Shown here piece after piece: positions 31,248-44,165 of a stretch of 64,000 nucleotides of DNA (within the stretch, counting starts at the first letter, position 1; the number at the start of each line of letters is the position of its first letter). The position numbers and the translations under genes are program-made. The stretch spans positions 8,990,001 to 9,054,000 of the forward strand of contig CATOCA020000001.1 in assembly GCA_951406725.2 (NCBI GenBank), written 5' to 3'. The DNA is from Octopus vulgaris (lineage: Eukaryota). The notes beneath the pieces are model-generated. The model saw only the letters and a list, made by a program, of their open reading frames with translations, was not told the origin of the DNA and searched no databases.

Positions 31248-32436
31248 AGGATTCATTATTTATTTGTCCTCATTTTGTTTGTTGTTCTCATTCCGAAGGT
31301 ATTTTTCGATGTTATTATTATTATTAAGGTCATTGCCTGGATTCGAACTCGGAATCTTGGTGTTAGTAGCCAGTGGGCAATTATGGAGTGAATTTTATGG
31401 GTTATAAATCTAATATTTCCCTATCCTTCCTTAATACCGGTTCCCATAGGCTATTCATATCTGCACTCGGTCTGCTTAGGAGGATGTTGTGTCCTTGCAT
31501 ATGTGCTGCTTCTTTTAGTTTTCCTATTTTCCAGTGGTGTTCTCTGTCTATTATTTTAACTTCATCCCACCCGGATGAGGTGGTCTCCATTTTTCCATAC
31601 ATGATCACCTATACCCGTTTTATCAATATCTCCTCGTGTCACAGCTTTGCGATGTGCGTCTACCCTTGTTTCGAGGGGGAGGCATGTTTCGCCTTTGTAT
31701 AACCTACCATAGCTGCATGGGATGGAGTACACGCAGTCTTTGGTCATATTCTCTTCTATTGGTGGTTTTACTCGAAGGAAATATTTGCGAAGTGTTGTAT
31801 TACTCTTGAATACTGTCCTGATGTCATATGGGCCGCATATCTTTTGTATCTTTTCGGAGAAGCCTTTCACATAGGGTAGACAGACTGTGGACAGTTCATT
31901 GGTTTCATCCTCTCTTTTCTTCATAATTAGAGTGGATTGCATATTTTGGGGTAGTTGTTACTTAATAGATTGTTACTTAGCTTGATCATTTCTTCGTTGT
32001 GGGTATCACAATCGATACTTATATTCTTTACTCGATGTTTTAGGCACTGAGCAATCCCTCTCTTTACACTGTATGGATTGTAGGAATTGAAGTTGAGGTA
32101 TCGTCCGGTGAAGGTCGGCTTGTAGTATACGGATGTCCTGAATCCATACTTGGTGCATGTTACTAATACGTCCAGGAATGCCAGCTGATTGTATTTCTCC
32201 TTTTCCATTGTGAACTGTATGGATGGCTTTATTGAGTTCACATGATATAACAGCACCTGAGCATATTCCTGGTGGGGCCAGACTATAAACGTGTCATCAA
32301 CATATCGCAGCCATAGGGTTGGTTTTAGTGGTGTTGATCCTAAGATTCACTCCATAATTGCACACGGGCATATGACGCAGTGGTTAAGAGCGCGGGCTAC
32401 AAACCCTAAGATTCCGAGTTCGATTTTCGATTCCAG
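31248..32436 (-). mobile_element. 5'-truncated Penelope-like element (RT C-terminus + GIY-YIG endonuclease, frameshifted), with a 3' pseudo-LTR and an inverted partial pLTR at the 5' end
   Basis: Minus-strand translation: WLRYVDDTF, IQFTMEKE..LAFLDV..YKPTFTGRYLNF, LPYVKGFSEKI, VYSIPC..YKGET..R..H..E. 32345-32436 is an inverted copy of ~31337-31393. Confidence 0.92.
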
Positions 32437-32756
32437 ATAACTGATTGAAGTGTTATATGTACATTGTTTTGTCTTGGTATAAAGATGGGCTAGAATATTC
32501 CTCAAACAGATTTGCTTGTCAGTTGTTGATAACCAGTGGATGTCTAGTGGCTGACGATATTCATCTCTGATCACGAGCAGAAGTAGTGGGGAGCATCATA
32601 GCCATGTGTTGGAGGATTCTGGGTTTGAATAATTCACCCTGAAAATGGTGGTTCTTTCAACATCCTTAAACAATCCTTATTGGGAGGGATGGCTACTCAC
32701 CTGAAAAATTCTAACTGGCCCCACTGCAATAATAATAATAATTAATAATAATAGTC

Positions 32757-32801
<45 letters not shown>

Positions 32802-33235
32802 CGGAAAATATGTAGTACTCCTTGGAGTAGTCCGTCCGCTTTGGTCCTCCCGTGAATCCCACCTCTCACCTGTGGTTCATCATTGCTATCTGCATGCAAC
32901 AGTATCCACACCCTGGCTCACGGCTTCCACAGGCTGGCTAAACCATGGTAAGGGTAGCACACGGCCTTTAACCATTGGTGGACTAGGGCTTGTCTATCTA
33001 ACGATGTGAACCGGTTGAGTGTGCTGAGGAAACCACTAGACAGGCTCACAGACCCGCAAATTTTGTGGAGGGTGAACTGCAACCTGTCTGTAGTTTTCTT
33101 GACTTCATCCTTCCACTGGAATCACAGAGGAAGGGACTAGAGAGTGAGCCAGATGCTATTGTGCAACCTTCCCTCACTTTAATCCATGTCACGCTCAATT
33201 CAAGATATCACACCATCCCAGGGTCAGGTAAAATA

Positions 33236-33474
33236 TTGGGTTGGTGCATAATTATTGCGGCTATTTTTCAACAAATATTATTCAACAAAAACAATAAAAA
33301 TATTTATCAAAAACATCTTTACATGATCGTCTATCAAGCGAATGGGAAGCAGTTATTGAAGTAGATGGTGAATATGCTCCGGAATAATCATTTAACGATG
33401 TTTTTGTTACATGTTATTGTTTTTGTTGAATAAAATTTGTTGAAAAAAGCCGCAATAATTATGCACCAATCCAA
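33236..33474 (+). mobile_element. Mariner-derived MITE (MADE1/Hsmar1-like TIRs) with TA target duplication
   Basis: TA-TTGGGTTGGTGCATAATTATTGCGG ... CCGCAATAATTATGCACCAATCCAA-TA, TIRs ~60 bp. The interior encodes DRLSSEWEAVIEVDGEY*, a mariner transposase C-terminus remnant. Confidence 0.88.
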
Positions 33475-34279
33475 TATATGGACACACACACACACAAGTC
33501 GGTCGACAATGGCAAAGAGACGGACGGAACAACGGTTCGCTTATTGATGAGAGAAACGGATGTGAGGACATCTGGATGGAACGCCTCTTCAGAGAGCATC
33601 GTGCGGTGTGTGGAGGGAGAGAAAGGGACGGAGCGATGGCGAGTGATGCCTATTATTAAAAAGAGAGAGAATAATATAAAATAGTGTTTATAACACATTA
33701 TCGATAAATATCGAACATTGATCAATGGAATTAGTACAGATTGCGACTCCACGTCACTGATTCGTTTTTTATTTCGCTTTTTCACATTTCCAATTCTTTA
33801 CTTTTCCTTTCACTCTGCCTGCAATCATCACACAGTTTGCATGGTCGCTGGAGTGAAGTGGCTTAGAGGTTAGGGGTATTCGGCTTAGATTTGGGGTGAT
33901 ATATTAATATATGCTGAGGTGGGAGAGCGAGGATTTTCTAAGTACCCTTAATTTTTATATGAGTGACAACACAAAACTTTGATATACTTGGCTGTTATTT
34001 CTAGCATCACCTAGGTCCACCAATTGTGTATTATTCCTCCGGATGCTTCTTAACGTCTCCTTCAATCTTTCATGAAAAACAATGCAGAATATAGTGTATT
34101 GAACTGTTATTTCTAGCATATTACCCGACCACCTGTAGGACAATATGTTTGATAGACGCTTCGTCAAGTGTCCTGCTTTTATAAAATAAAAACTTTAGGA
34201 ATTTCAAGGTGTTTGGTTGCTGTTTCACGAATGATGCGAGACAATAGAGAGGTGAGATTCTTTTATATAAAGTCGAAAT

Positions 34280-35243
34280 TGTTTTGGGAGGGAAACAATG
34301 AGATTAAGGGAAAGAAAGAGAGTGAGGGAGAGAGAGAGTAAAAGGAAGGAAAGAATGAAAGAGAGTGAGAGAGAGAGAGAAAGAAAGAAAAAATAAAAAA
34401 AGAAGGAATGAAAGAAAAGAGCAAGGAAGGAATAAAGTAACGTGATTCTGTAATAATGCATGAAATGAGAGCGAAAGAGAAAAAGAAAGAAAGAAAGGAA
34501 GGAAGGAAGGAAGGAAGGAAGGAAGGAAGGAAAGAAGGAATGAAGGAAATAAGGAAGTAAAAGAAGGAAGGAAAGAATGGCATTAAGGAAAGTAAGAAGG
34601 AAAAAAGGCAGTAAGGAAAGAACGAAAGAAAGAAAGAGAGAAAGAAAGAAAGGGAGAAAGAAAGAAAGTAACAAGGAAAGAAAGAAAGAAAGAGAGAAAG
34701 AAAGAAAGGGAGAATGAAAGGAAGAAAGGGAGAAAGTAAGAAAGAAAGGGAAACAGAAAAGAAAGAAGGTTAGAAGGAAAAAGAGGGAAAGATAGAAAGA
34801 ATGAAGGGAAAAAAAGAAAAAAGAAAGAAGGAAAGAAAGTGAGAAGGATAAGAGAAGGGTGAGAGGGAGAGAGAGAAAAAGGAGACAAGGAAAGGAAACG
34901 AAGCAACGACAGAAAAAAGAAAGGAAGAAAAATGAAAGACGGATTGAAGAAGGAAAGATGAGAGGGAAGAAAGAAAAAAAGAATGAAGGGTAAGAAGAAG
35001 GAAATGAAAAACAGAAAGAAAAACAAAGAAATAAGGAAAATAAAGGAAGGAAGGAAAGAAAGAAAGAAAGAATGAGAGAAATGAAGGAAGAAAGAAAGAA
35101 AGAAAGGAGAGAAAGAAAGAAAGAAAGGAAAGAATAAAAGAAAAAAGGAAATAAAGAAATGAAGAAAGAAAGAAAGAAAGAAATGAGAAATGAAGGAAGA
35201 AAGAAAGAAACAAACAAACAAAGAAACAAATAAAGAAGGATGA

Positions 35244-35275
<32 letters not shown>

Positions 35276-36700
35276 AAAAGGAAAAAAGAAATGAAGGAAG
35301 AAAGAAAGAAAGAAAGGAAAGAAAGAAAGAAAAAGGAAAATAAGAAATGAAGGAAGAAAGAGAGAAAGAAAGGAAAGAAAGAAAGAAAAAGGAAAAAAGA
35401 AATGAAGAAAGAAAGAAAGAAAGAAATGAGGGAACTGAAGGAAGAAAGAAAGAAAGAAACAAACAAACAAACAAATAAAGAAGGATGAAAGAAAGAAAGA
35501 AAGAAAGAAAGAGAAAGGAAAAAAAGAAATGAAGGAAGAAAGAAAGAAAGAAAGGAAATAAAGAAAGAAAAAGGAAAAAAAGAAATGAAGAAAGAAAGAA
35601 AGAAAGAAATGAGGGAAAGGAAGCAAGAAAGAAAGAAAGAAACAAACAAAGAAACAAATAAGAAAATTAAAAAAAGAAAGAAAGAAAGAAAGAAAGAAAG
35701 AAAAAATGACGGAAAAGAAGGAAGAAAGAAACAAACAAACAAACAAACAAAAAAATAAAGAAGAAGAATGAAAGAAAGAAAGAAAGAAAGAAAGAAAGAA
35801 AAAAGAAAGAAAGAATGGAAAAGGAAAGAAAAAAAGAAAGGAGGAAAGAAAGGAAAATGAAAGAAAGAAAGAAAAGAGAAAGTAAGTAAAGGGAAACAAA
35901 AAGAAAGAAAGAATGAGAGAGAGATAGAGAGGAAGGCGACGTAATTCTGTAAAAATGATGAGAAGAAAGAGGGAGAAGGAGGGAGAGAGAGGGGGAGGAA
36001 GGAGGAGGGATTAGAGAAATAAATGTTAAGAAGAGAGGAGGAGTATGTGATGAGAGAGAAAGAGTAAAAAGGCGGAGCATTAATATATAATAAGGTAATA
36101 GAGAGAGGGAGAGGGAGAGAGGGAGAAAGAGAGAGACAGACAAATAGAGACACGGAGACAGAGAGAGAGACATAAGAAGCAAGAGGGAGAAAGAGAGAGA
36201 CTGAAATAGAGAAATCGAGAGAGCAAAGAGAGAGAAAGACAGACAGAGAAATAGAGGGAGAGGGAAAGGGAGAAGAAAAGGAGGGAAAGAATGAGGTAAG
36301 AGAATGAGAGAATATTATATAAGGAGGTGGAGGGAGAGAGAGAATGATACATAGGTTTAGAAAGAGAGGGAGAGTGTGACGTGGGGCGGAGCGCAAAAGA
36401 GGTAGAGAGAGAGTACGAGATATGAGGTGGTAAAGAGGAAGGGAGAGAGACAAAAATTGAGGGAGGGGGAAGGAAAGAGAGGTGATGTATGAGATATATG
36501 CTTTGTGAGGGAGGGAGAGTAGGAGTTGAGAGAAAACGAGGGATGAGGGAGGCGGGGTTAAACAATAACATAAATAAGTGAAAGAGGGGGAGGGAGAGGA
36601 GTAGAGAAGGAGAGGGAATGATGTGTGTGATAAGAGAGGGAGTATATCATGTATTAGAGAAAGGAAGAGGGGAAGGATGAGGTATTAATACAGAATGAGG
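34280..36700. repeat. Long purine-rich (GAAA/GA) low-complexity tract; inverted paralogue of the 26-29 kb tract
   Basis: Direct inspection; unique islands are shared in inverted orientation. Confidence 0.9.
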
Positions 36701-36872
36701 AAGGAGAGAGAAGAGTTTCGAAGTGTCCTTCATTTTCATATGAAACACAAAACCAAACTTTAACATACTTGGCTGTTATTTCTAGCATCACATTTGATCC
36801 CCAACTGGACTATATTTCTCCAGAAGCTTCTTAAAGTGTCCTTCATGATAACAATGTAAAGTATAGCGTAAT

Positions 36873-37232
36873 GGGCTGTTATTTCTAGCAAGATAACAGA
36901 CCACCAATACGTTTTATAGACGCTTCTTCACTTGGTTTCTCTTTCGAGGAAGAAGTCTGACCAGATCCGGGAAAAAGTTTTATAAATGCTTCTTAAATTG
37001 TCTTTCAATTTCGTATGAAAAACAAAGCAACTTTGAGTGTAGTGGGCTGTTATTTCTAGCAAGATACCAGACCACCAATACGTTTCATAGACGGTTCTTC
37101 ACTTGGTTTCTCTTTCGAGGAAGAAGTTTGACCAGGTCCGGGAAAAAGTTTTATAAATGCTTCTTAAATTGTCTTTCAATTTCGTATGAAAAACAAAGCA
37201 ACTTTGAGTGTAGTGGGCTGTTATTTCTAGCA
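36873..37232. repeat. 171-bp tandem repeat, ~2.1 copies
   Basis: GGGCTGTTATTTCTAGCA occurs at 36873, 37044 and 37215. Confidence 0.9.
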
Positions 37233-37494
37233 TGATGTCAAACCAGGTGTAGGAGGATTCTTTGAATAAATGCTTCTTAAATTGTTCATCACTGTCTCGG
37301 CTATTTAAGTTGCTCAATTAAGAACTACACAGTAATTACGTAATTAATGGTTAGTTAAATAATTAGCTTCTGGTAAAATAATTAGCGAGAGAGAAATTTG
37401 AAGGTAAATCTGAAAATATAATTTATTTGTAAGAAAGTAAGGTTTCTTAGGGATAAAGGGAGAGGAAGAGGGAGAGGGTAAGATATAAGGAGGT

Positions 37495-38872
37495 GGGAGA
37501 GATAGAGAGAGAAAGAAAGGAAGAAAGAGTGAGAGAGAGAAACCCTAGGGGAGGGGAGGGATATATTAATGTATGAGGAAGCAGAGAAAGAATGAGAGTG
37601 GGAGAGAGAGAGAGAGACAGAATGTGGGAGAGAGAGAGAGGGAGAGAGAAAGGAAGAAAGAGTGAGAGAGAGAAACCCTAGGGAAGGGGAGGGATATATT
37701 AATGTATGAGGAAGCAGAGAAAGAATGAGAGTGGGAGAGAGAGAGAGAGAGAGAGAATGCGTGAGAGAGAGAGAGAGAGAAAGGAAGAAAGGGAACGAGA
37801 GAGAGAAACCCTAGGGAAGGGGAGGGATATAGTAATGTATGAGGAGGCAGAGAAAGAAGAGAGTGGGAGAGAGAGAGAGACAGAATGCGTGAGAGAGAGA
37901 GAGAGAGAGAGAGAGATAGAAAGGAAGCAAGAGTGAGAGAGAGAAACCCTAGGGAAGGGGAGGGATATATTAATGTATGAGGAAGCAGAGAGTGGGAGTG
38001 AGAGTGGGAGAGAGAGAGAGAGAGAATGCGTGAGAGAGAGAGAGAGAGAAAGGAAGAAAGGGAACGAGAGAGAGAAACCCTAGGGAAGGGGAGGGATATA
38101 TTAATGTATGAGGAGGCAGAGAAAGAATGAGAGTGGGAGAGAGAGAGATAGAATGCGTGAGAGAGAGAGATAGAGAGAAAGAAAGGAAGAAAGAGTGAGA
38201 GAGAGAAACCCTAGGGAAGGGGAGGGATATATTAATGTATGAGGAAGCAGAGAAAGAATGAGAGTGGGAGAGAGAGAGACAGAATGCGAGAGAGAGAGAC
38301 AGAATGCGAGAGAGAGAGACAGAGAGAAAGAAAGTAAGAAAGAGTGAGAGAGAGAAACCCTAGGGAAGGGGAGGGATATATTAATGTATGAGGAAGCAGA
38401 GAAAGAATGAGAGTGGGAGAGAGAGAGAGAAAGAGAGAAAGAAAGGAAGAAAGAGTGAGAGAGAGAAAGCCTAGGGAAAGGGAGGGATATATTAATGTAT
38501 GAGGAAGCAGAGAAAGAATGAGAGTGGGAGAGAGAGAGACAGAATGCGTGAGAGAGAGCGACAGAGAGAAAGAAAGGAAGAAAGAGTGAGAGAGAGAAAC
38601 CCTAGGGAAGGGGAGGGATATATTAATGTATGAGGAAGCAGAGAAAGAATGAGAGTGGGAGAGAGAGAGAGAGAGAAAGGAAGAAAGAGTGAGAGAGAGA
38701 AAGCCTAGGGAAGGGGAGGGATATATTAATGTATGAGGAAGCAGAGAAAGAATGAGAGTGGGAGAGAGAGAGAGACAGAGAGAAAGAAAGGAAGAAAGAG
38801 TGAGAGAGAGAAACCCTAGGGAAGGGGAGGGATATATTAATGTATGAGGAAGCAGAGAAAGAATGAGAGTGG

Positions 38873-38904
<32 letters not shown>

Positions 38905-39190
38905 ATGCGTGAGAGAGAGAGAGAGAGAAAGGAAGAAAGAGTGAGAGAGAGAAAGCCTAGGGAAGGGGAGGGATATATTAATGTATGAGGAAGCAGAGAG
39001 TGGGAGTGAGAGTGGGAGAGAGAGAGAGACAGAATGCGTGAGAGAGAGAGAGAGAGAGAAAGAAAGGAAGAAAGAGTGAGAGAGAGAAAGCCTAGGGAAG
39101 GGGAGGGGTATATTAATGTATGAGGAAGCAGAGAAAGAATGAGAGTGGGAGAGAGAGAGAGAGACAGAATGCGTGAGAGAGAGAGAGAGA
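37495..39190 (+). repeat. Minisatellite, ~13 units of ~105-150 bp with variable (GA)n
   Basis: The core GAAA(C/G)CCTAGGGAAGGGGAGGGATATATTAATGTATGAGGAAGCAGAG recurs from ~37540 to ~39095. Confidence 0.93.
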
Positions 39191-39864
39191 GACAGACAGA
39201 TATACAGTTAGTGAGGGAGAGGAAGAGGTGAACGCTTTTCCAAGGGAGGTGGGCGGTGATTAAAATTAATATATAATGAGGTTCTGAGAGAAAGGAGACA
39301 AAGAGGGAGAAGTGGGAGGATATGTTTTGTAGGGGAGGGAGAAAGAGTATGAAAATGCATTAAGGGTTTAGTGAGGTACAGACAGAGGGAATTAAGAGTA
39401 AAAGCAAGGGAGGGGGAAGCATTGGGTAATATATGAGGAGGTGGGAGAGGGAGGCGAAGAGAAAGAGACAAAGAGGGAGAGCGCGCTTATTGGACGATAT
39501 ATATTTAGTAATAGGGGAAGGGTATGAGTTCATAAAGAAAGCAAAATGGGCGGAGTCAGTCTACATTATGCAAAGTGGTGGGAGGAGTCAACGTTGAAAG
39601 GGTAAGAACAATAACTCTTATTGAATCCCTTTTCGCTTTAAATTCTATTTTTTTCTTGCGCAGAATTTGAAGATTTCCAAAAATGATTTAATGTAAATAA
39701 TAGATCGAAGGGTTTAATATTGCAATTCTTAGCCCTTAATTTCCTCCTCGTAATCTTCACACTGCACCCTGCACCTATTGTGGAGGCAGCTGCTAGAAAT
39801 AGCAGCCAAACATCGCATACTAAATGAAACCTCTTATTTCTTTAATTGCTTCAAAATTTATTTA

Positions 39865-39988
39865 TTAAGTTGAGGAAAATTTCGTGCGTTTGGTCTTTAT
39901 TTTGAAGAATATTTGTTGCTTTTGAATAAATTCTTGCATAAAACAATCATTATTTTAACACGACGCACGGACTTTTCCCTCAATCTAA
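39865..39988. mobile_element. Short degenerate mariner-type MITE with TA flanks
   Basis: TA-TTAAGTTGAGGAAAATTTCGTGCG ... CGCACGGACTTTTCCCTCAATCTAA-TA, imperfect TIRs. Confidence 0.6.
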
Positions 39989-42074
39989 TAGTTTCTATTT
40001 TATAATTGGCATTTGGTCAGATTACTGCAAAGATTAGCCATTGACTGTCCACTACAAAGAGAAGGGAGCAAGAATATGCAATGAAAGTGCAGTTTAGTGC
40101 AGCCGTGCACTGGTTGTCGTCCTATTTTAAGCTGCAAAAATGTGAAAGTAAACTTCGAGAAGGAAAGAGATCAGACCGGAAGTGATGAGAATAGAACAGG
40201 AAACAAGTGAATGCCATCTAACGGAGAACAATTCAGCTCATAGTGACCACGCCTCGACCACCGAAACATCTCGACACACTGTTTTTACTCATCGCAGGCC
40301 GGTCCCATGGATGTGTGACGGAGCTGTGTTGCGGGGAAACAGCTACGAGAACGGAAATCGACGGAAATTGACGCATCTCGACGGTTATGAAGGAGTTCAG
40401 TGTGAAGATATTAAATGCCTTTCGGTATTGCTTCAGATGTTTGACACCCGAATTTCCTGCCTCAGAGCTTCCAGAAAATGGAGATTTTAAATTATATTTT
40501 CTAAAACTGAGCTTCTGATGCTGTAAATTGCGATTATATCGGAATATTTGATGAAAACATTTTTCCTTCTTCAGAAAATTAGTAAATTTTTAATGGAATT
40601 TTTTTATAAATGCCTTTCAGAGTGTGTCAATTACAATTATATCGGAAATGAATATGAGAAAATTAATTTGGTGGATTATTACAGATACAGAGAACAACAG
40701 GTCACATATCGACAACAGAAAATTGTGGTGTGCGTCAGTGTGTGTGTGTGTGTGCTCAATAGTTTTTCTTTCCACATTAAATTCCAATATAATCGCATTT
40801 TACACACACTGTAACGTATTTGCAGAAAATTACCTTAGAAAATAACCCATTTTTTGTTTAAGTTCTGAGCAAACACAGACAATTCGTGTGAATTTTACGA
40901 AACTCATCTTTCCGCCCACAGACAAATTTGTTTCGCTACAAATTCCGATATAATCAGAATGATCACCATCTGAAGCGTATTAACAGAAAATTTAATTAAA
41001 TATGTCCGTTTGGCGGGGAGTTATGAGGAAACAAATTCGGTGCGTCGCACACATCTGTGAGAATGGCTGACTTCCCAAGACGGGTCTTCTGCTGGAAATC
41101 GCTGTTCCAGTCGGGAAGCTTCTCGGCTCTCCTCTCCCGCATCTGTGCGTGTCGGTGGGACATTACCGTCAAATCCAAGCACCATTTGAGTCGTCTCTTT
41201 TCCTCACTAACATCTCTCTCTCTCTCTCTCTCTCTTTCTCTAATTCTTTTTTCTTTCTTTCTCTCAGCCCTACCCAACCATCAGAATCATCCTCACCTGA
41301 CCTAAGACCGACAATGACAGAGAAAGTAGCCGTCCATCTGCAGCTGACATGTACCCTAAGCCTCGACCCCTTGAAGAATCAACGGCTTAAAATGTGTAAG
41401 AAGCCGGTTCCCATTGTTAACAGCATGTAGGTCGACGGCAGAAATATCTGGTCGGTTGTGAAAGATTGAGACAGATGCACAGGTATCTCGACGAAATTCA
41501 GCTGCGGGGAAGTGGCATCTGTCTTTACGATCAACCATGTGTTTCATTTTTCTTGAATCTTTTATTTAAATAAGAAATTTCAGTGTTTTCCCTTTTGTAC
41601 AGACATATTACGTTTATTAAGTTGTCCAAAAATGTCTGACAAATAGAATAATTTGTATAACGAATCTTCGTTGTGGAACAAATCTGAATTTAATCCCAGC
41701 AGGAATATTATGTCTTCATTTTCTTAAAGTTCTAACAATTGGTTCAAAGCTTCTCCATTTCAGATTCATCACACTTCTGTTCTTTATAAAACTTTGCTGA
41801 AATTGGATGCCATTTCCTCACAGAAGAGGAAACTATTGAGAACAAGAATTTTAATAACGTTAATAATGTTAACCGCTTCTTGTAATATTGCAAAAGTATC
41901 TGGAAATATTTTCAGAGAAACCAACACCTCTCAGTGAAGATTGTAATAAGTGACAGAAATAGGGTTTTTATCTTACAAATTTAACTTGAACCCCAATTTC
42001 CCTCCTTATCATAGCTTATGCACCTTTATTACATACTACATTACATTTATACCATCCAAGGCCTAGTTCTATCT

Positions 42075-42482
42075 CTCTTTTACTCTTTTACTTGTTTCAG
42101 TCATTTGACTGCGGCCATGCTGGAGCACCGCCTTCAATCGAGGAACTCGTCCCCGGGACTTATTCTTCTGTAAGCCCAGTACTTATTCTATCGGTCTCTT
42201 TTGCCGAACCGCTAAGTGACGGGGACATAAACACACCAGTATCGGTTGTCAAGCAATGCTAGGAGGACAAACACAGACACACAAACATATACACACACAT
42301 ATATATATATACATATATACAACAGGCTTCTTTCAGTTTGCGTCTACCTAATCCACTCAAAAGGCATTGGTCGGCCCGGAGCTATAGCAGAAGACACTTG
42401 CCCAAGATGCCACGCAGTGGAACTGAACCCAGAACCATGTGGTTGGTAAGCAAGCTACTTACCACACAGCCACTCCTGCGCC
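42075..42482 (-). mobile_element. Full-length tRNA-derived SINE family A
   Basis: Minus-strand head GGCGCAGGAGTGGCTGTGTGGTAAG (A box), GGTTCAGTTCC (B box), internal (TG/TA)n and (AAAAGAGT)n tail. Confidence 0.88.
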
Positions 42483-42819
42483 TTTCATCTACTTTTAGCT
42501 ACAAAGTCCCCTTCTAACGAACCAATCTTCCTGGACCCTATTCTATATTACTATAGTTTGTAATTTTACTTGCTTCATCTAATTGAATTGTATGTTTAGA
42601 GACGTTGTTTAAAAACCTTCGCATAATTTACTCCAATTAATCATTATTCATTTCTGAAATACAAATACCAACATTATCATTTCGCAGACGAACTTTGATT
42701 CATCTGCATGTTATTTCAATGAATAATTCCAGATGTTTTCATTGCTGCTGCTAATACAAGTTCTTCGCCGATGTTGTTTGGGGTTTCTTTTATCTCTTGC
42801 AATTAAATAAACAGCTTCA

Positions 42820-43170
42820 AAAGATGCCCTTCTACTATAACCTCTGCCCCATCAGAATATCGTGAGTGTATTTGGTAGATGGAAACGGAAAAAAGCCCGT
42901 CGTATACATATATACATACATACTTATGTGTTTGTGCTTGTATGTTTGTGCGCGTGTCTTTGTGTTTGCGTTCGAGAAGCCACCCCGCTTGACAACCAGT
43001 GTTTCTTTGTTTACGTCCTTGTGGTATAGCCGTTTGGCAAAAGACACCGTTACTAGAAGTAGTATGCATAATTATAAAAGAAAAATCTAGAGGGGTAATT
43101 CATGCGATTAAAATTCATCAAAACGGTGCCCCAGCATGGCCGCAGTCGAATTACTGAAACCAGTAAAAAA
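42820..43170 (+). mobile_element. Older degenerate SINE family A copy
   Basis: CTTCTACTATA..TTTGGTAGATGGAAAC..GCTTGACAACC..CCCAGCATGGCCGCAGTC. Confidence 0.7.
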
Positions 43171-43429
43171 TATAAGATTTAAATAAAACAATAGTTTCCT
43201 CTTCGCTAAACTTATTTGCCTTTTATAATCAGTTCGATCTCTTATTTCCATTCAATCATATTTGGCAGTTTTCTGAAGTCTTCGCAGAGACACAGATTCG
43301 ATTTAACCCAACCGAAAGTAATTCAGTTGAAAAGAAGAACGGGGTTTAAGAAGAGGAATTATCTTTGCCCCGTCTGGGATAATCTCTTCCCTCTCATCCT
43401 TCTCTTTATTCCATTATCACGTCCTATTT

Positions 43430-44165
43430 CTTTCAATCTCGTTCATTCCTTTTTTCCTTCCTTTTTTTCTTTTATTCATTCATTCTTTTTTTCTGTTTTC
43501 TTCCTTCTATCTTTCAATATAACTTGCTTTCTTTCTTCCTTCTTTCTTTCTTTCAGTTTATCTGCCTTTTTTCAGTCCTTCTTTCCTTCCTTCTTTCTTT
43601 CTCTCTTTCTTTCTTTTTTTCTATTTTCCATCTTCTATCTTTCTATCTCTGTTTCTTTTGTTCTCTCTTCCTTCTTTCTGTCAGTTTTTCTTTATTTCCT
43701 TCTTTCTTATCTCCTCCTTTCTTTCTTTCTTTCTTTTATTCTTTCTCTCTTTCTTTCTTTCTTTCCTTCTTTACTTTCTCCCTTCTTCCTTTCCTTCTTT
43801 CTTATCTCTTTCTTTCTTTCATTCTCTGTCTCATTTGTTATCAATCTTATTTTCTCCTTCGCAAAATAACTTCGCCGTTTGTTTATTCTTCCTTTCTTTT
43901 TTCCACTCTTTCTTTATTTCCTTCTTTCTTTCTCTTCTTTCTTTGTTTTATTTCCTTCCTCATTTCATACTTCCTTTCTTTTCTTCTTTCTACTATTCTT
44001 TCCTCTTTCTTTCTTTCTTCCTTTGTTTCTGTGTTTTTCTTTCTTTCTTTCACTCTTTTAGTTTTCCTTTACGTACTCTTTTTTCTCTACCTTTCTATCT
44101 CTCTTTCTATCTCTCTTTCTTTCTCTCTTTTCTTTCCTCGTAAGTCGCGGTTTTCTCTTTTCGTC
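43430..44165. repeat. Pyrimidine-rich low-complexity tract
   Basis: Direct inspection. Confidence 0.9.

Noticed and set aside
34225-36453. 742-aa F/L/S-rich ORF, and similar ORFs at 26-29 kb and 43-44 kb
   Set aside because: Pyrimidine-only tracts cannot contain stop codons, and there is no domain signal.
27290-39190. CRISPR-like appearance of the constant-core minisatellites (27.3-28.9 kb and 37.5-39.2 kb)
   Set aside because: The spacers are variable-length simple repeats rather than unique sequences, the context is eukaryotic, and no cas genes are present.
40100-41560. Possible Tc1/mariner transposase remnants (FQQ, SSPDL-like peptides)
   Set aside because: The motifs are short, lie on opposite strands and have no recognisable TIRs, so a call cannot be supported.
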